From positions 2,617,105 to 2,641,104 of the forward strand of contig NZ_CP173357.1 in the NCBI RefSeq assembly GCF_047456275.1: a stretch of DNA of 24,000 nt. The letters run 5' to 3'. Shown here one piece after another: positions 1 to 8,592 of the stretch. Source of the stretch: Acetobacterium carbinolicum. GTDB lineage: Bacteria; Bacillota; Clostridia; Eubacteriales; Eubacteriaceae. The translations under genes were made by a program, and so were the position numbers. A model generated the notes under the pieces. The model did not search any database, had not been told where the DNA came from, and worked only from the letters and a program-made list of their open reading frames with translations. Every line of letters starts with the position of its first letter. The first letter of the stretch is position 1.

Positions 1-19
1 TGCATATAAGGAGAGCGTT

Positions 20-829
20 ATGAATAAACCATTATCCCCAGTTCTTGCTGAAAAACTGGCGACCCTGAAAGAGAATCTTTCCCGCTTCCCCAAGGTCAGC
101 ATTGCCTTTTCTGGCGGTGTAGACAGCACGCTATTGCTACAGGTAGCGGTTGACGTACTGGGGAACGCTGTTTTACCCATCACAGTCAATGGTGCTATGC
201 TACCCAGTTCCGAATTTACCGAGTCCCAGGCTTTGGCAAAGACCATCGGAGCGGTGCCGCTGGTGATTGAAGCAGATGTTTTTTCGCTGGAAAATTTTGT
301 CAAAAATCCGGCTGACCGCTGTTACCATTGCAAGAAATTTATTTTTACCCAAATCAAAGATGCCGCCCAGGCTAGAGGCTTTGAAGTCCTCCTGGACGGC
401 TCTAATTGGGACGATATGAAGGATTACCGGCCGGGCATTAAAGCCCTGGGAGAACTGGGTGTCTTTAGCCCTTTAAAAGAATCCGGCCTGACCAAACAGG
501 ATATCCGGGATCTGTCAACCTATTACAATCTCCCTACCGCCACCAAACCGGCTATGGCTTGCCTGGCCACCCGAATCCCCACTAATACACCGATCACGCC
601 GGAAGCCCTTGCGGCCATTGAAGCTGGGGAAGATTTTCTCAAATCCCTCGGTTTAAGCCAATATCGGCTGCGGCTTTTGGGTGATACAGCAAAAATTGAA
701 TGCGATCCCGACGATTTTGCTGCCATCATCAAAAACCGTCTGTCCCTAATCGACACCCTAAAAAAACTGGGCCTCAAAACCATCACCCTGGATCTGGCCG
801 GCTACAACTGCGGTAATATGAACGGTTGA
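20..829 (+). CDS. larE: ATP-dependent sacrificial sulfur transferase LarE-like (PP-loop family)
   Basis: 269-aa ORF with N-terminal PP-loop SGGVDSTLL, CYHCK motif and KPAMACLATRIP (the Cys-containing LarE-type motif); GGAGAG RBS just upstream of the ATG. Confidence 0.85.
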   Translation: MNKPLSPVLAEKLATLKENLSRFPKVSIAFSGGVDSTLLLQVAVDVLGNAVLPITVNGAMLPSSEFTESQALAKTIGAVPLVIEADVFSLENFVKNPADRCYHCKKFIFTQIKDAAQARGFEVLLDGSNWDDMKDYRPGIKALGELGVFSPLKESGLTKQDIRDLSTYYNLPTATKPAMACLATRIPTNTPITPEALAAIEAGEDFLKSLGLSQYRLRLLGDTAKIECDPDDFAAIIKNRLSLIDTLKKLGLKTITLDLAGYNCGNMNG

Positions 830-848
830 ATAATTTCAGGTTAAAACA

Positions 849-975
849 ACCGTAGTACCGACAATTGTTACATCATGTTGTACGCATCGGGGCGAACATG
901 GTGATAACCTGTTCGATCCCGCAGCGAACAACAGATTAACAAGGGTCTGACCCCTAGGTCATTGGTCGGTACGGT
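849..975. other. Structured intergenic element (nested inverted repeats), possible MITE/REP-like element or structured RNA
   Basis: GTACCGAC(855-862)/GTCGGTAC(965-972); TTGTTA(865-870)/TAACAA(937-942); TGTTGT(876-881)/ACAACA(928-933); CGGG(888-891)/CCCG(918-921); CGAACA(893-898)/TGTTCG(910-915); GGT-GATA-ACC tip; separate GGGTCTGACCC hairpin at 943-953. Confidence 0.5.
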
Positions 976-1018
976 AACTGGTTGCCACCTTTATCCAACA
1001 ACCAAATCCGGCTAACAG

Positions 1019-2788
1019 CTAAAACTCTTCGTTTAATTCATCCAGCTCCCGGTACATCTGGTAGAGGTCATAGTAGACACCTTCTTCCTGGAGCAGTTCC
1101 TCATGGGAACCTTTTTCGACAATCCCATCTTCGGTGAGGACTAAAATCGAATCCGCATTTTTAATGGTGGTCAGCCGATGGGCAATCGTAAAGGTGGTTC
1201 GGCCCCGGGTCAGCTCTTTTAAAGATTCCTGAACAATCCGTTCGCTTTCATTATCCAGCGCCGAGGTGGCCTCATCCAAAATCAGAATCGGCGGGTTTTT
1301 CAAAAATACCCGGGCAATGCTGAGCCGCTGTTTCTGGCCACCAGAAAGCTTAATTCCCCGCTCCCCGATATTGGTATCATAACCCTTGGGGAGCTTTTTT
1401 ATAAACGCATCGGCGCCGGCATGTTTAGCCGCCTGAATCACGCTTTCCCGGGTGGCATCCGAGCGACCATAACTGATATTTTCATAAACGGTTCCCGAAA
1501 AAAGATAAACATCCTGCTGGACAACCCCCACCTGGGTGCGTAAGGAATGCAGGGTCAGGCTTTGAATATCCTGACCGTCGATCAGAATTCGGCCGGAGCT
1601 GACATTATAAAATCGGGGAATCAGATGGCACATGGTCGTTTTGCCACTGCCCGAAGGTCCCACAATGGCAATGTTTTCACCAGCTTTCACCGCTACATCA
1701 ATATGGGAAAGTACCGCATCGCCGCCATCGTTGTATTGAAAACTGACATCTTCAAAAATAATATCGCCCACAACATTTTTCAGTTCCACTTCATTGGACT
1801 GATTTTCATATTCGGTAGGTTCGTCCAGAATTTCGATAAACCGCTCAAACCCGGTCATTCCCCGCTGAAACTGTTCTGCGAATTCAACAATCCGGCGGAT
1901 GGAGGTTAGTAAGGTGGTGACATACATCAGATAGGCGACATAATCGCCGGGATTAATGGCACCATTGATCATAAAGATTCCCCCGAAAACCACCACCAGT
2001 AAATACATCAGTCCGTCAAAGAGCCGGGTGGTGGTCTGAAAACCGGCCATATAACGGTAGGTTTGTTTTTTTATTTCAAGAAATTTACTATTTCCTGTCT
2101 CAAACTTAATCTCTTCAATATTTTCGTTGGCAAAAGATTTCACAACTCGGATTCCCAAAAGATTATCTTCCACCTGAGCGTTTATTTCACCCGTTTGAAC
2201 CCGCGACCGTTTAAAGGCAATCCGCATCCGATTCCTGAAATAGGTGGTCGTTAAAAGCATGATCGGCAGGGCGGCAAAAATAATCACTGTCAACCAGATA
2301 TTAACTGAACCAAGAATGGCAAATGAAACGCCAATTTTTAAACCGGCAATAAAAAACTCCTCGGGACAATGATGGGCAAATTCCGTCACATCAAAAAGAT
2401 CAGTGGTGATCCGCGACATCAACTGACCGATTTTGGTGTCGCTATAAAAAGAAAACGACAGCTTTTGGAGATGTGAAAAGAGATCCCGGCGCATATCCGT
2501 TTCGATTCGGGCGCCCATGACATGGCCCACATCGGCCATAAAGTAGTTAGCCACTCCATCGATAAGCCGCAGTACCAAATATACCAGCCCCAGTTTTAAG
2601 ATCGTTTCCACCGTCAGACTGGCCAGATCATTGATGGCGGTATTGGTGATAAACCGTACGATCAGAGGCAAAACCAGATCGCATACCGTTGTCAGGGTAG
2701 CGCAAAACAGATCCAACAACAGAATCCATTTATATTTTTGATAATAAGGTATGAAACGTTTGATAAGTTGTGTGTTACTGATTCGCAA
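1019..2788 (-). CDS. ABC transporter, fused permease/ATP-binding protein (MsbA/LmrA-like exporter)
   Basis: 589 aa; N-terminal transmembrane domain, Walker A GPSGSGKTT, signature LSGGQKQR, Walker B ILILDEATSALD. Confidence 0.93.
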   Translation of the reverse strand: MRISNTQLIKRFIPYYQKYKWILLLDLFCATLTTVCDLVLPLIVRFITNTAINDLASLTVETILKLGLVYLVLRLIDGVANYFMADVGHVMGARIETDMRRDLFSHLQKLSFSFYSDTKIGQLMSRITTDLFDVTEFAHHCPEEFFIAGLKIGVSFAILGSVNIWLTVIIFAALPIMLLTTTYFRNRMRIAFKRSRVQTGEINAQVEDNLLGIRVVKSFANENIEEIKFETGNSKFLEIKKQTYRYMAGFQTTTRLFDGLMYLLVVVFGGIFMINGAINPGDYVAYLMYVTTLLTSIRRIVEFAEQFQRGMTGFERFIEILDEPTEYENQSNEVELKNVVGDIIFEDVSFQYNDGGDAVLSHIDVAVKAGENIAIVGPSGSGKTTMCHLIPRFYNVSSGRILIDGQDIQSLTLHSLRTQVGVVQQDVYLFSGTVYENISYGRSDATRESVIQAAKHAGADAFIKKLPKGYDTNIGERGIKLSGGQKQRLSIARVFLKNPPILILDEATSALDNESERIVQESLKELTRGRTTFTIAHRLTTIKNADSILVLTEDGIVEKGSHEELLQEEGVYYDLYQMYRELDELNEEF

Positions 2789-2827
2789 AATATTCCTTCT
2801 TTCTTAATTGCTACACTTAAAAACTTT

Positions 2828-2864
2828 GGGCAATTGAAAAACGATTAACGTTTCCCAATTGCCC
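2828..2864 (-). terminator. Strong intergenic hairpin, probable terminator of the nfeD-SPFH unit (weak U-tract)
   Basis: GGGCAATTG(2828-2836)/CAATTGCCC(2856-2864) with an inner AAACG/CGTTT helix; TTT and TTTTT runs follow on the minus strand. Confidence 0.5.
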
Positions 2865-2904
2865 ATTCATGGTCTTTTACTGAAATTTCTTTTATTAACT
2901 GATC

Positions 2905-3846
2905 TTATTGACTGACCTTGCTCTGATCTGTCATGATTTCACTAAGGGATGTTGCCAAACCCGCCAAGCCCTGAATTTCAGAGGGAATAATAATCTTAGT
3001 GGCTTTGCCATCAGCTACCTTTTCAAAGGTAGATAAACTCTTAAGGGCAATAACTGACTGAATCGGATTGGCATCATTTAACATCTTGACCCCATTGGCA
3101 ACCGCTTCCTGAACCTTGACAATGGCTTCTGCTTCACCTTCTGCCCGTCTGATCTGAGCTTCCCGATCCGCTTCGGCGCTAAGAATAGCAGCCGCTTTTA
3201 AGCCTTCAGCTTGTAAAATTGCCGCTGATTTTTCGCCTTCAGCGACCAGAATGGCACTGGCTTTTTCGCCTTCTGCCTGGAGGATTTTTTCCCGACGTTC
3301 ACGCTCTGCCTTCATCTGCCGTTCCATCGCATTCTGGATCGCTTCTGGTGGCATGATGTTTTTAAGTTCTACCCTACCAATTTTAATCCCCCAGGGATCG
3401 GTGGCTTCATCGAGAATTACCCGCATTTTGGTATTAATAACATCCCGGGATGTCAGTGTTGCATCGAGCTCCATATCACCAATGATGTTACGCAAAGTGG
3501 TGGCGGTGAGATTTTCAATGGCTTTCATGGGATTATCCACCCCGTACATATAGAATTTAGGATCGGTAACCTGTAAATAAATTACCGTGTCAATCTGCAT
3601 CGTAACATTATCCTTGGTAATAACCGGTTGGGGCGGGAAATCCGCGACCCGTTCTTTTAAACTGATTCTTTTTGAAATCCGGTCAAAAATCGGAATTGCG
3701 ATGTGAAAACCGGTCTCCCAGGTGGAATGATAGGCTCCCAATCGTTCCACTACATAGGCATTAGCCTGGGGAACGATCTTCGCATTCACCACAATCACCG
3801 CAATAAAAATGATAAATAACACTGCTAGTAAAATAAATCCAAACAT
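2905..3846 (-). CDS. SPFH domain/stomatin-like membrane protease-associated protein (QmcA/HflK-C-like)
   Basis: 313 aa; N-terminal TM segment, then VPQANAYVVERLGAYHSTWETG...KRISLKERV and an Ala/Glu-rich coiled coil typical of band-7 proteins. Confidence 0.9.
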   Translation of the reverse strand: MFGFILLAVLFIIFIAVIVVNAKIVPQANAYVVERLGAYHSTWETGFHIAIPIFDRISKRISLKERVADFPPQPVITKDNVTMQIDTVIYLQVTDPKFYMYGVDNPMKAIENLTATTLRNIIGDMELDATLTSRDVINTKMRVILDEATDPWGIKIGRVELKNIMPPEAIQNAMERQMKAERERREKILQAEGEKASAILVAEGEKSAAILQAEGLKAAAILSAEADREAQIRRAEGEAEAIVKVQEAVANGVKMLNDANPIQSVIALKSLSTFEKVADGKATKIIIPSEIQGLAGLATSLSEIMTDQSKVSQ

Positions 3847-3866
3847 CTTAACGCCTCCTTGTTTAT

Positions 3867-4316
3867 TTAATTCAAATCTTGCTCTACTGTCTTAACCATA
3901 GCTTTAACCCCTTCAATCGCAACAACCTCAACTTCCATACCAACGGGAATAATCACCTCACCGTCGATGTTTCTGGCTGTCCAGGATTTTCCATCGACTT
4001 TAACCACCCCTATTCCCTTAAGATTATTGATTTCTTCCTCAACAATTCCTCGTTTTGTCAGAATGCGATCAGCATTGGTTGTTATCGTTTTAGAATCCAT
4101 GTGTTTCTTTAAGAACGGTTTTGTTCCCAATAATAAGCCAACGGAAATTAGTAAAAAAAGCGTCATCTGTACCCAGAATGGTGCGCCCAAATAAGCGACG
4201 GCCATTGCCACCAGAGAACCGACACAAAACCAGATGGAAACCAGCGCGCCAGCGGTAACCAATTCAACCAACAGAAAAACGATAAACAAGACCAACCAGA
4301 AAAGAATGAAATTCAT
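3867..4316 (-). CDS. NfeD family membrane protein
   Basis: 149 aa; N-terminal hydrophobic segments and C-terminal OB-fold-like GKVDGKSWTARNIDGEVIIPVGMEVEVVAIEGVKAMVK; adjacent to the SPFH gene, the usual pairing. Confidence 0.85.
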   Translation of the reverse strand: MNFILFWLVLFIVFLLVELVTAGALVSIWFCVGSLVAMAVAYLGAPFWVQMTLFLLISVGLLLGTKPFLKKHMDSKTITTNADRILTKRGIVEEEINNLKGIGVVKVDGKSWTARNIDGEVIIPVGMEVEVVAIEGVKAMVKTVEQDLN

Positions 4317-4411
4317 CCGCTCACCTCCCTTATTTACTTGATTTTATTATAACATAGTTTATTGTTTTTTTTTCTCATGAGTTACACAATCGACTTTTTT
4401 TTATTTTTTTC

Positions 4412-4440
4412 TTGCACTTTCATTTTTTAGTGTGTATAAT
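4412..4440 (+). promoter_or_regulatory. Promoter for the cobalamin riboswitch/bza operon
   Basis: TTGCAC (4412-4417), 17-nt spacer, TATAAT (4435-4440), just upstream of the riboswitch. Confidence 0.65.
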
Positions 4441-4463
4441 CAAAAGCAAGTAAATAGAAAAGC

Positions 4464-4620
4464 GAACATATGGTGCCTTAACAATAAGGAGAATAGGGAA
4501 TCAGGTGAGAGTCCTGAACGAACCCATCACTGTAAGGGCGGAGCAAACCACAAAAACCACTGTTTTTTTAATGGGAAGGTGTGGCAAAGCGTTAAAACCC
4601 CAAGTCAGGAGACCTGCCTA
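4464..4620 (+). promoter_or_regulatory. Cobalamin (B12) riboswitch
   Basis: TGGTGCC ... AGGGAATCAGGTGAGAGTCCTGAACGAACCCATCACTGTAAG ... GGGAAGGTGTGG ... CCCCAAGTCAGGAGACCTGCC (B12 box at ~4602-4618). Confidence 0.93.
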
Positions 4621-4656
4621 TGAATCGATCCTGAATGAACGAAGGTAAAGTTCATG

Positions 4657-4697
4657 GCTGTTATTTAGAATAAATAACAGCTGTGGACTTTTTTATT
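4657..4697 (+). terminator. Riboswitch expression-platform terminator hairpin
   Basis: Perfect 11-bp stem GCTGTTATTTA-GAA-TAAATAACAGC (4657-4681) followed by TGTGGACTTTTTTATTT. Confidence 0.65.
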
Positions 4698-4733
4698 TGC
4701 CAAAATTCGTTGAGAATCATGCAGGAGGAAACG

Positions 4734-6035
4734 ATGACAATTCTTAAAAAAGCACAAGCCGGTGAGATCACCGCAGAAATGATTTATGTGGCACAAAAAG
4801 AAGGGCTCGATCCCGAGAACATTCGCCAGGGGGTAGCCGCCGGTGAAATCGTCATTCTAAAGAGTTCCCGGCCAAATATCAACCCGGTGGCGGTGGGCAA
4901 GGGTCTGTTTACCAAGGTTTCCGCCAGCGTTGGAATGTATGAAATAGATGATACCATCGCCGGTGAAATGGCTAAAATCGATCAGGCCGTAAAAGCCGAA
5001 GCGGATACGCTGATGGACTTAAGTGTTCGGGGTCCGATTGATGAAATGCGAGAAAAAGTCTTATCCACGGTGGACCGGCCGGTCGGTACCCTACCGCTTT
5101 ATCAAACCCTGGCTATGGCCCAGCAAAAATATGGCAGTGCTTTAGATATGACAGCTGATGATATGTTTGCGATGATGGAAAAGCATGCTTCCGAAGGCGT
5201 CAGCTTTTTAGCCCTGCACTGCGGCACCACCATGGACGTGATCAACCGCGCCAAAGAAGAAGGCCGGATTGATCCACTGGTTAGTTATGGGGGTTCCCAT
5301 CTGATTGGCTGGATGGTTCACAACCACTGTGAAAATCCCTTTTTTACCCAATATGACCGGGTCCTGGAAATCTGTAAAAAGTATGATGTCGTGCTGAGCT
5401 TTGCCGACGGCATGCGCCCCGGCTGTATTGCCGATTCCCTGGACGGCGCCCAGGTTCATGAATTGGTGATCCTCGGCGGTCTGGTTAAAAAGGCCCGGGC
5501 GGCCGGGGTTCAAGTGATGGTCAAAGGGCCGGGCCATGTGCCCCTGGATCAGATCCAGACCACTGTAAAGTTACAAAAACAACTATGCGGCGGCGCACCT
5601 TACTTTGTCTTTGGCTGTCTGCCCACCGACTCCGGGGCTGGTATGGACCACGTCACCGGTGCCATCGGCGGCGCGATCGCCGCCTATTACGGTGCCGACT
5701 TTCTCTGTTACGTGACCCCGGCCGAACATATCGGCATGCCTAATGCCGATGATGTGTATCTGGGCGTGATGGCCAGCCGCATTGCCGCCCATGCTGGTGA
5801 TGTTGGCAAAGGCCATCCGGCCGCGATTGCCTGGGATCTGGAAATGTCCCATGCCCGCCGGGAACTTAATTGGGGCCGGCAGATGGAACTGGCTATCGAT
5901 ACCGAAACCGCCACGAAGGTCTGGAAGGATCGTAGCACCAACTTCGAATCCGAGTGTAGCATGTGCGGCGACTTCTGTGCCATGAAAATTGTCGGTAAGT
6001 ATTTACGAGACGAAAACCAGGAAGCGAGGAACTAA
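4734..6035 (+). CDS. bzaA: ThiC paralogue BzaA, 5-hydroxybenzimidazole synthase component
   Basis: Starts MTILKKAQAGEITAEM after GCAGGAGGAAACG RBS; ThiC-like IMVKGPGHVPLDQI and GADFLCYVTPAEHIGMPN; C-terminal Cys motif CSMCGDFCAMK; paralogous to the next gene. The listed ORF start at 4683 is probably too early. Confidence 0.92.
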   Translation: MTILKKAQAGEITAEMIYVAQKEGLDPENIRQGVAAGEIVILKSSRPNINPVAVGKGLFTKVSASVGMYEIDDTIAGEMAKIDQAVKAEADTLMDLSVRGPIDEMREKVLSTVDRPVGTLPLYQTLAMAQQKYGSALDMTADDMFAMMEKHASEGVSFLALHCGTTMDVINRAKEEGRIDPLVSYGGSHLIGWMVHNHCENPFFTQYDRVLEICKKYDVVLSFADGMRPGCIADSLDGAQVHELVILGGLVKKARAAGVQVMVKGPGHVPLDQIQTTVKLQKQLCGGAPYFVFGCLPTDSGAGMDHVTGAIGGAIAAYYGADFLCYVTPAEHIGMPNADDVYLGVMASRIAAHAGDVGKGHPAAIAWDLEMSHARRELNWGRQMELAIDTETATKVWKDRSTNFESECSMCGDFCAMKIVGKYLRDENQEARN

Positions 6036-6037
6036 TT

Positions 6038-7321
6038 ATGACCCAAATGTTAAAAGCCCGTCAGGGTAAAATTACCGAAGAAATGGAAATGGTGGCACTC
6101 AGCGAAGGCTTCACACCTGAATTTATCAGAGCCGGAGTAGCTGCCGGCCGGATTGTCATTCCTAAAAATAAACTACGCAACCGTTCTAAGATCTGCGGCA
6201 TTGGTGGCGGCCTGGACGTCAAAGTCAATGGCCTGATGGGCACCTCCGGTGATCGGGATGATATGGACATGGAAGTCAAAAAACTAAAAATCATCGAAGC
6301 CGCCGGTGCCCACGGTTTTATGGATTTAAGTATGGGTGCCGATATTGATACCATGCGAACCTTAAGTCTAAATAATTCCAACATTGCCGCTGGCTGTGTG
6401 CCCGTTTATCAGGCTGCCAAAGAGGCGGCTGATAAACGGGGCCTGATGGTCAATATGACCTCTGATGATCTGTTTGAAGTGGTCGAAAAACAATGTCAGG
6501 CCGGTATGGATTTTATGGCGGTGCACTCGGCCTTGAATATGGATCTTCTCAAAATATTGAAAAAAACCGGTCGCGTTGCCGATATCTGTAGCCGTGGCGG
6601 ATCCTTGCTAACTGGCTGGATGTTCCATAACGATAAAGAAAATCCTCTTTATGCCGAATTTGACCGACTGCTGGAGATTCTCAAAGCGACCGATACGGTA
6701 CTTAGCATCGGCGACGCCATTCGACCCGGTGCCAATGCTGATTCTCTGGATCAGGCCCACCTGCGCGGCTTAATGGTCGCTGGTGAGCTGACCAAGCGGG
6801 CCCTGGCGGCCGGGGTTCAGGTGATGGTGGAAGGTCCCGGCCATGTGCCACTAAACCATATTCCCTCAGCGATGCTACTGCAAAAACGACTCTGTTACGA
6901 TGTACCCTACTATATTTTAGGCTTCCTGGCCACCGATATTGCTCCCGGATATGACAATATTACGGGTTCGATCGGCGGTGCCTTTGCCGGCATGCACGGG
7001 GCTGATTTCCTTTGTTACCTGACCCCAGCCGAACACCTGGGTCTGCCCAATGAGGAAGATGTCCGCATCGGTGTCGAAACGACCCGGATCGCCGCTAATG
7101 CGGCCAATGTCTTAAAGCGCGGCGGCGCGGCCTGGAACCGCGATCTGGCGATGTCCCGGGCCCGGGTTTCCCGCAATCAGGAAGAACAGATCAAAAACGC
7201 CATCAATCAGGCCAATCTGATCGCTGCCTTTGCGGCTCAAAAGCCTTCCCATGGTTGTGCCGTCTGTGCCGACAGTAAATGTCCGGCCGATGTCGCAGCG
7301 GAGTTTTTTGGGATATCCTAA
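6038..7321 (+). CDS. bzaB: ThiC paralogue BzaB, 5-hydroxybenzimidazole synthase component
   Basis: 427 aa; ThiC-like VMVEGPGHVPLNHI and GADFLCYLTPAEHLGLPN; C-terminal CAVCADSKC (CX2CX4C); 2-nt gap after bzaA. Confidence 0.92.
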   Translation: MTQMLKARQGKITEEMEMVALSEGFTPEFIRAGVAAGRIVIPKNKLRNRSKICGIGGGLDVKVNGLMGTSGDRDDMDMEVKKLKIIEAAGAHGFMDLSMGADIDTMRTLSLNNSNIAAGCVPVYQAAKEAADKRGLMVNMTSDDLFEVVEKQCQAGMDFMAVHSALNMDLLKILKKTGRVADICSRGGSLLTGWMFHNDKENPLYAEFDRLLEILKATDTVLSIGDAIRPGANADSLDQAHLRGLMVAGELTKRALAAGVQVMVEGPGHVPLNHIPSAMLLQKRLCYDVPYYILGFLATDIAPGYDNITGSIGGAFAGMHGADFLCYLTPAEHLGLPNEEDVRIGVETTRIAANAANVLKRGGAAWNRDLAMSRARVSRNQEEQIKNAINQANLIAAFAAQKPSHGCAVCADSKCPADVAAEFFGIS

Positions 7322-7340
7322 ACCAGTAAACCCTTTGTGA

Positions 7341-7429
7341 CGGGTAGCTTACCCGCCCCACGAAAAAAACAAGCGTTTATTATCCAAAAGCGTCATCCAT
7401 CATCCCATAGGGGCTTGTAATACAAGCCC
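7341..7429 (+). other. Two hairpins in the bzaB-cobT intercistronic gap
   Basis: CGGGTA-GCT-TACCCG (7341-7355) and GGGCTTGT-AAT-ACAAGCCC (7411-7429, extendable outward by weaker pairs); no U-tract after the second. Confidence 0.5.
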
Positions 7430-7503
7430 TTACAAACCTCACTAATACAGTGATAAAATCAATCATATGTTTCATTTATTGCCAAGTAGAAAGGATAATT
7501 ACC

Positions 7504-8592
7504 ATGATCGAAACCAAATATACCTTAACACACGTCATCGACCATACCGAACCGGCTGACCCCAAGTGGCGTCAGGCTGCCCGCGATCATATTGAAAAAT
7601 TAGCGATTCCGCCCTGGAGTCTCGGTCAGCTGCTGGTTGTTGCTGAACAGTTGGCCGGGATTCAACGCACCATCCGACCCAATGTCGATAAAAAAATGGT
7701 CATCACCATGGCCGGAGATCACGGCGTGGTGGCCGAAGGGGTTTCTGCCTTCCCTCAGGAGGTGACCCCACAGATGGTGGAAAACTTTGTCAAAGGCGGA
7801 GCGGGCATTAATATTTTAGCCAAAGCCGCTGGCGCCGAAGTGATTGTCGTTGATATGGGCGTCGCTGTGGATATGCCCGAACTGGTTTCACAAGGCGCCA
7901 TCATTGACTGCAAGATCGCCCATGGCACCAAAAACTTTTATCAGGAACCGGCAATGACCCGGGAACAAGCCATTGCTGCGCTGGAAGCCGGGATCAATGT
8001 GGCTTCCAAGGTGATCAAAGAACAGGGGATCAATCTGCTGGCTACCGGCGATATGGGGATTGGCAACACGACCCCCAGCGCCGCTATTTTAGCGGTGATG
8101 GCCGAATATCCGGTTTCATCAGTAACCGGCCGGGGCACCGGCATTGATAACGCCACCTTGCTCAACAAGATCAAAGTGATCCGGGAATCGATCAATCGCC
8201 ATCAACCCGATAAAACCGATCCCATTGATGTCCTTTCCAAAGTCGGGGGCTTCGAGATTGCCGGGATTGCCGGCGTAATCCTGGGGGCTGCTTTTAATCA
8301 GGTGCCGGTTCTGGTGGACGGCTTTATTTCCACCGCTGGTGCGCTGATCGCCAAGGCCCTTTGTCCCCAATCGCTGGATTATATGATTCCCTCCCATCAG
8401 AGTGAAGAACCGGGGCATCAGCTAATGTGGCAAGCCCTGGGCTTACGCCCCCTGCTTAACCTCAATTTCAGATTAGGGGAAGGCACCGGGGCAGCGGTGG
8501 CGATGCACCTGGTGGAATCCTCGGCCCGGGTCATCTGCGACGTCTTAACCTTTACTGACGCAGGAGTAACCAATGGTCATGAATGGGTATGA
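7504..8592 (+). CDS. cobT: Nicotinate-nucleotide--dimethylbenzimidazole phosphoribosyltransferase
   Basis: 363 aa from ATG at 7504 (GAAAGGAT RBS); TMAGDHGVVAEGVSAFPQEVTPQMV, GDMGIGNTTPSAAI and LGEGTGAAVAM are CobT family signatures. Confidence 0.95.
   Translation: MIETKYTLTHVIDHTEPADPKWRQAARDHIEKLAIPPWSLGQLLVVAEQLAGIQRTIRPNVDKKMVITMAGDHGVVAEGVSAFPQEVTPQMVENFVKGGAGINILAKAAGAEVIVVDMGVAVDMPELVSQGAIIDCKIAHGTKNFYQEPAMTREQAIAALEAGINVASKVIKEQGINLLATGDMGIGNTTPSAAILAVMAEYPVSSVTGRGTGIDNATLLNKIKVIRESINRHQPDKTDPIDVLSKVGGFEIAGIAGVILGAAFNQVPVLVDGFISTAGALIAKALCPQSLDYMIPSHQSEEPGHQLMWQALGLRPLLNLNFRLGEGTGAAVAMHLVESSARVICDVLTFTDAGVTNGHEWV

Noticed and set aside
4432-4623. 63-aa + strand ORF MYNQKQVNRKANIWCLNN...
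   Set aside because: It lies almost entirely inside the cobalamin riboswitch, has no RBS and shows no coding character.
5208-5983. Minus-strand ORFs (89-109 aa) antisense to bzaA
   Set aside because: Frame shadows of a strongly conserved + strand gene; no recognisable domains and no plausible RBS context.
4734-7321. Considered as duplicated thiamine-pyrimidine synthase genes (thiC)
   Set aside because: Two tandem divergent ThiC-like genes followed by cobT, an O-methyltransferase and two B12-type radical SAM genes, all under a B12 (not TPP) riboswitch, fit bzaA/bzaB.
7941-8418. Minus-strand ORFs (84 and 99 aa) antisense to cobT
   Set aside because: They overlap conserved CobT coding sequence; typical antisense open frames in GC-richer coding DNA.
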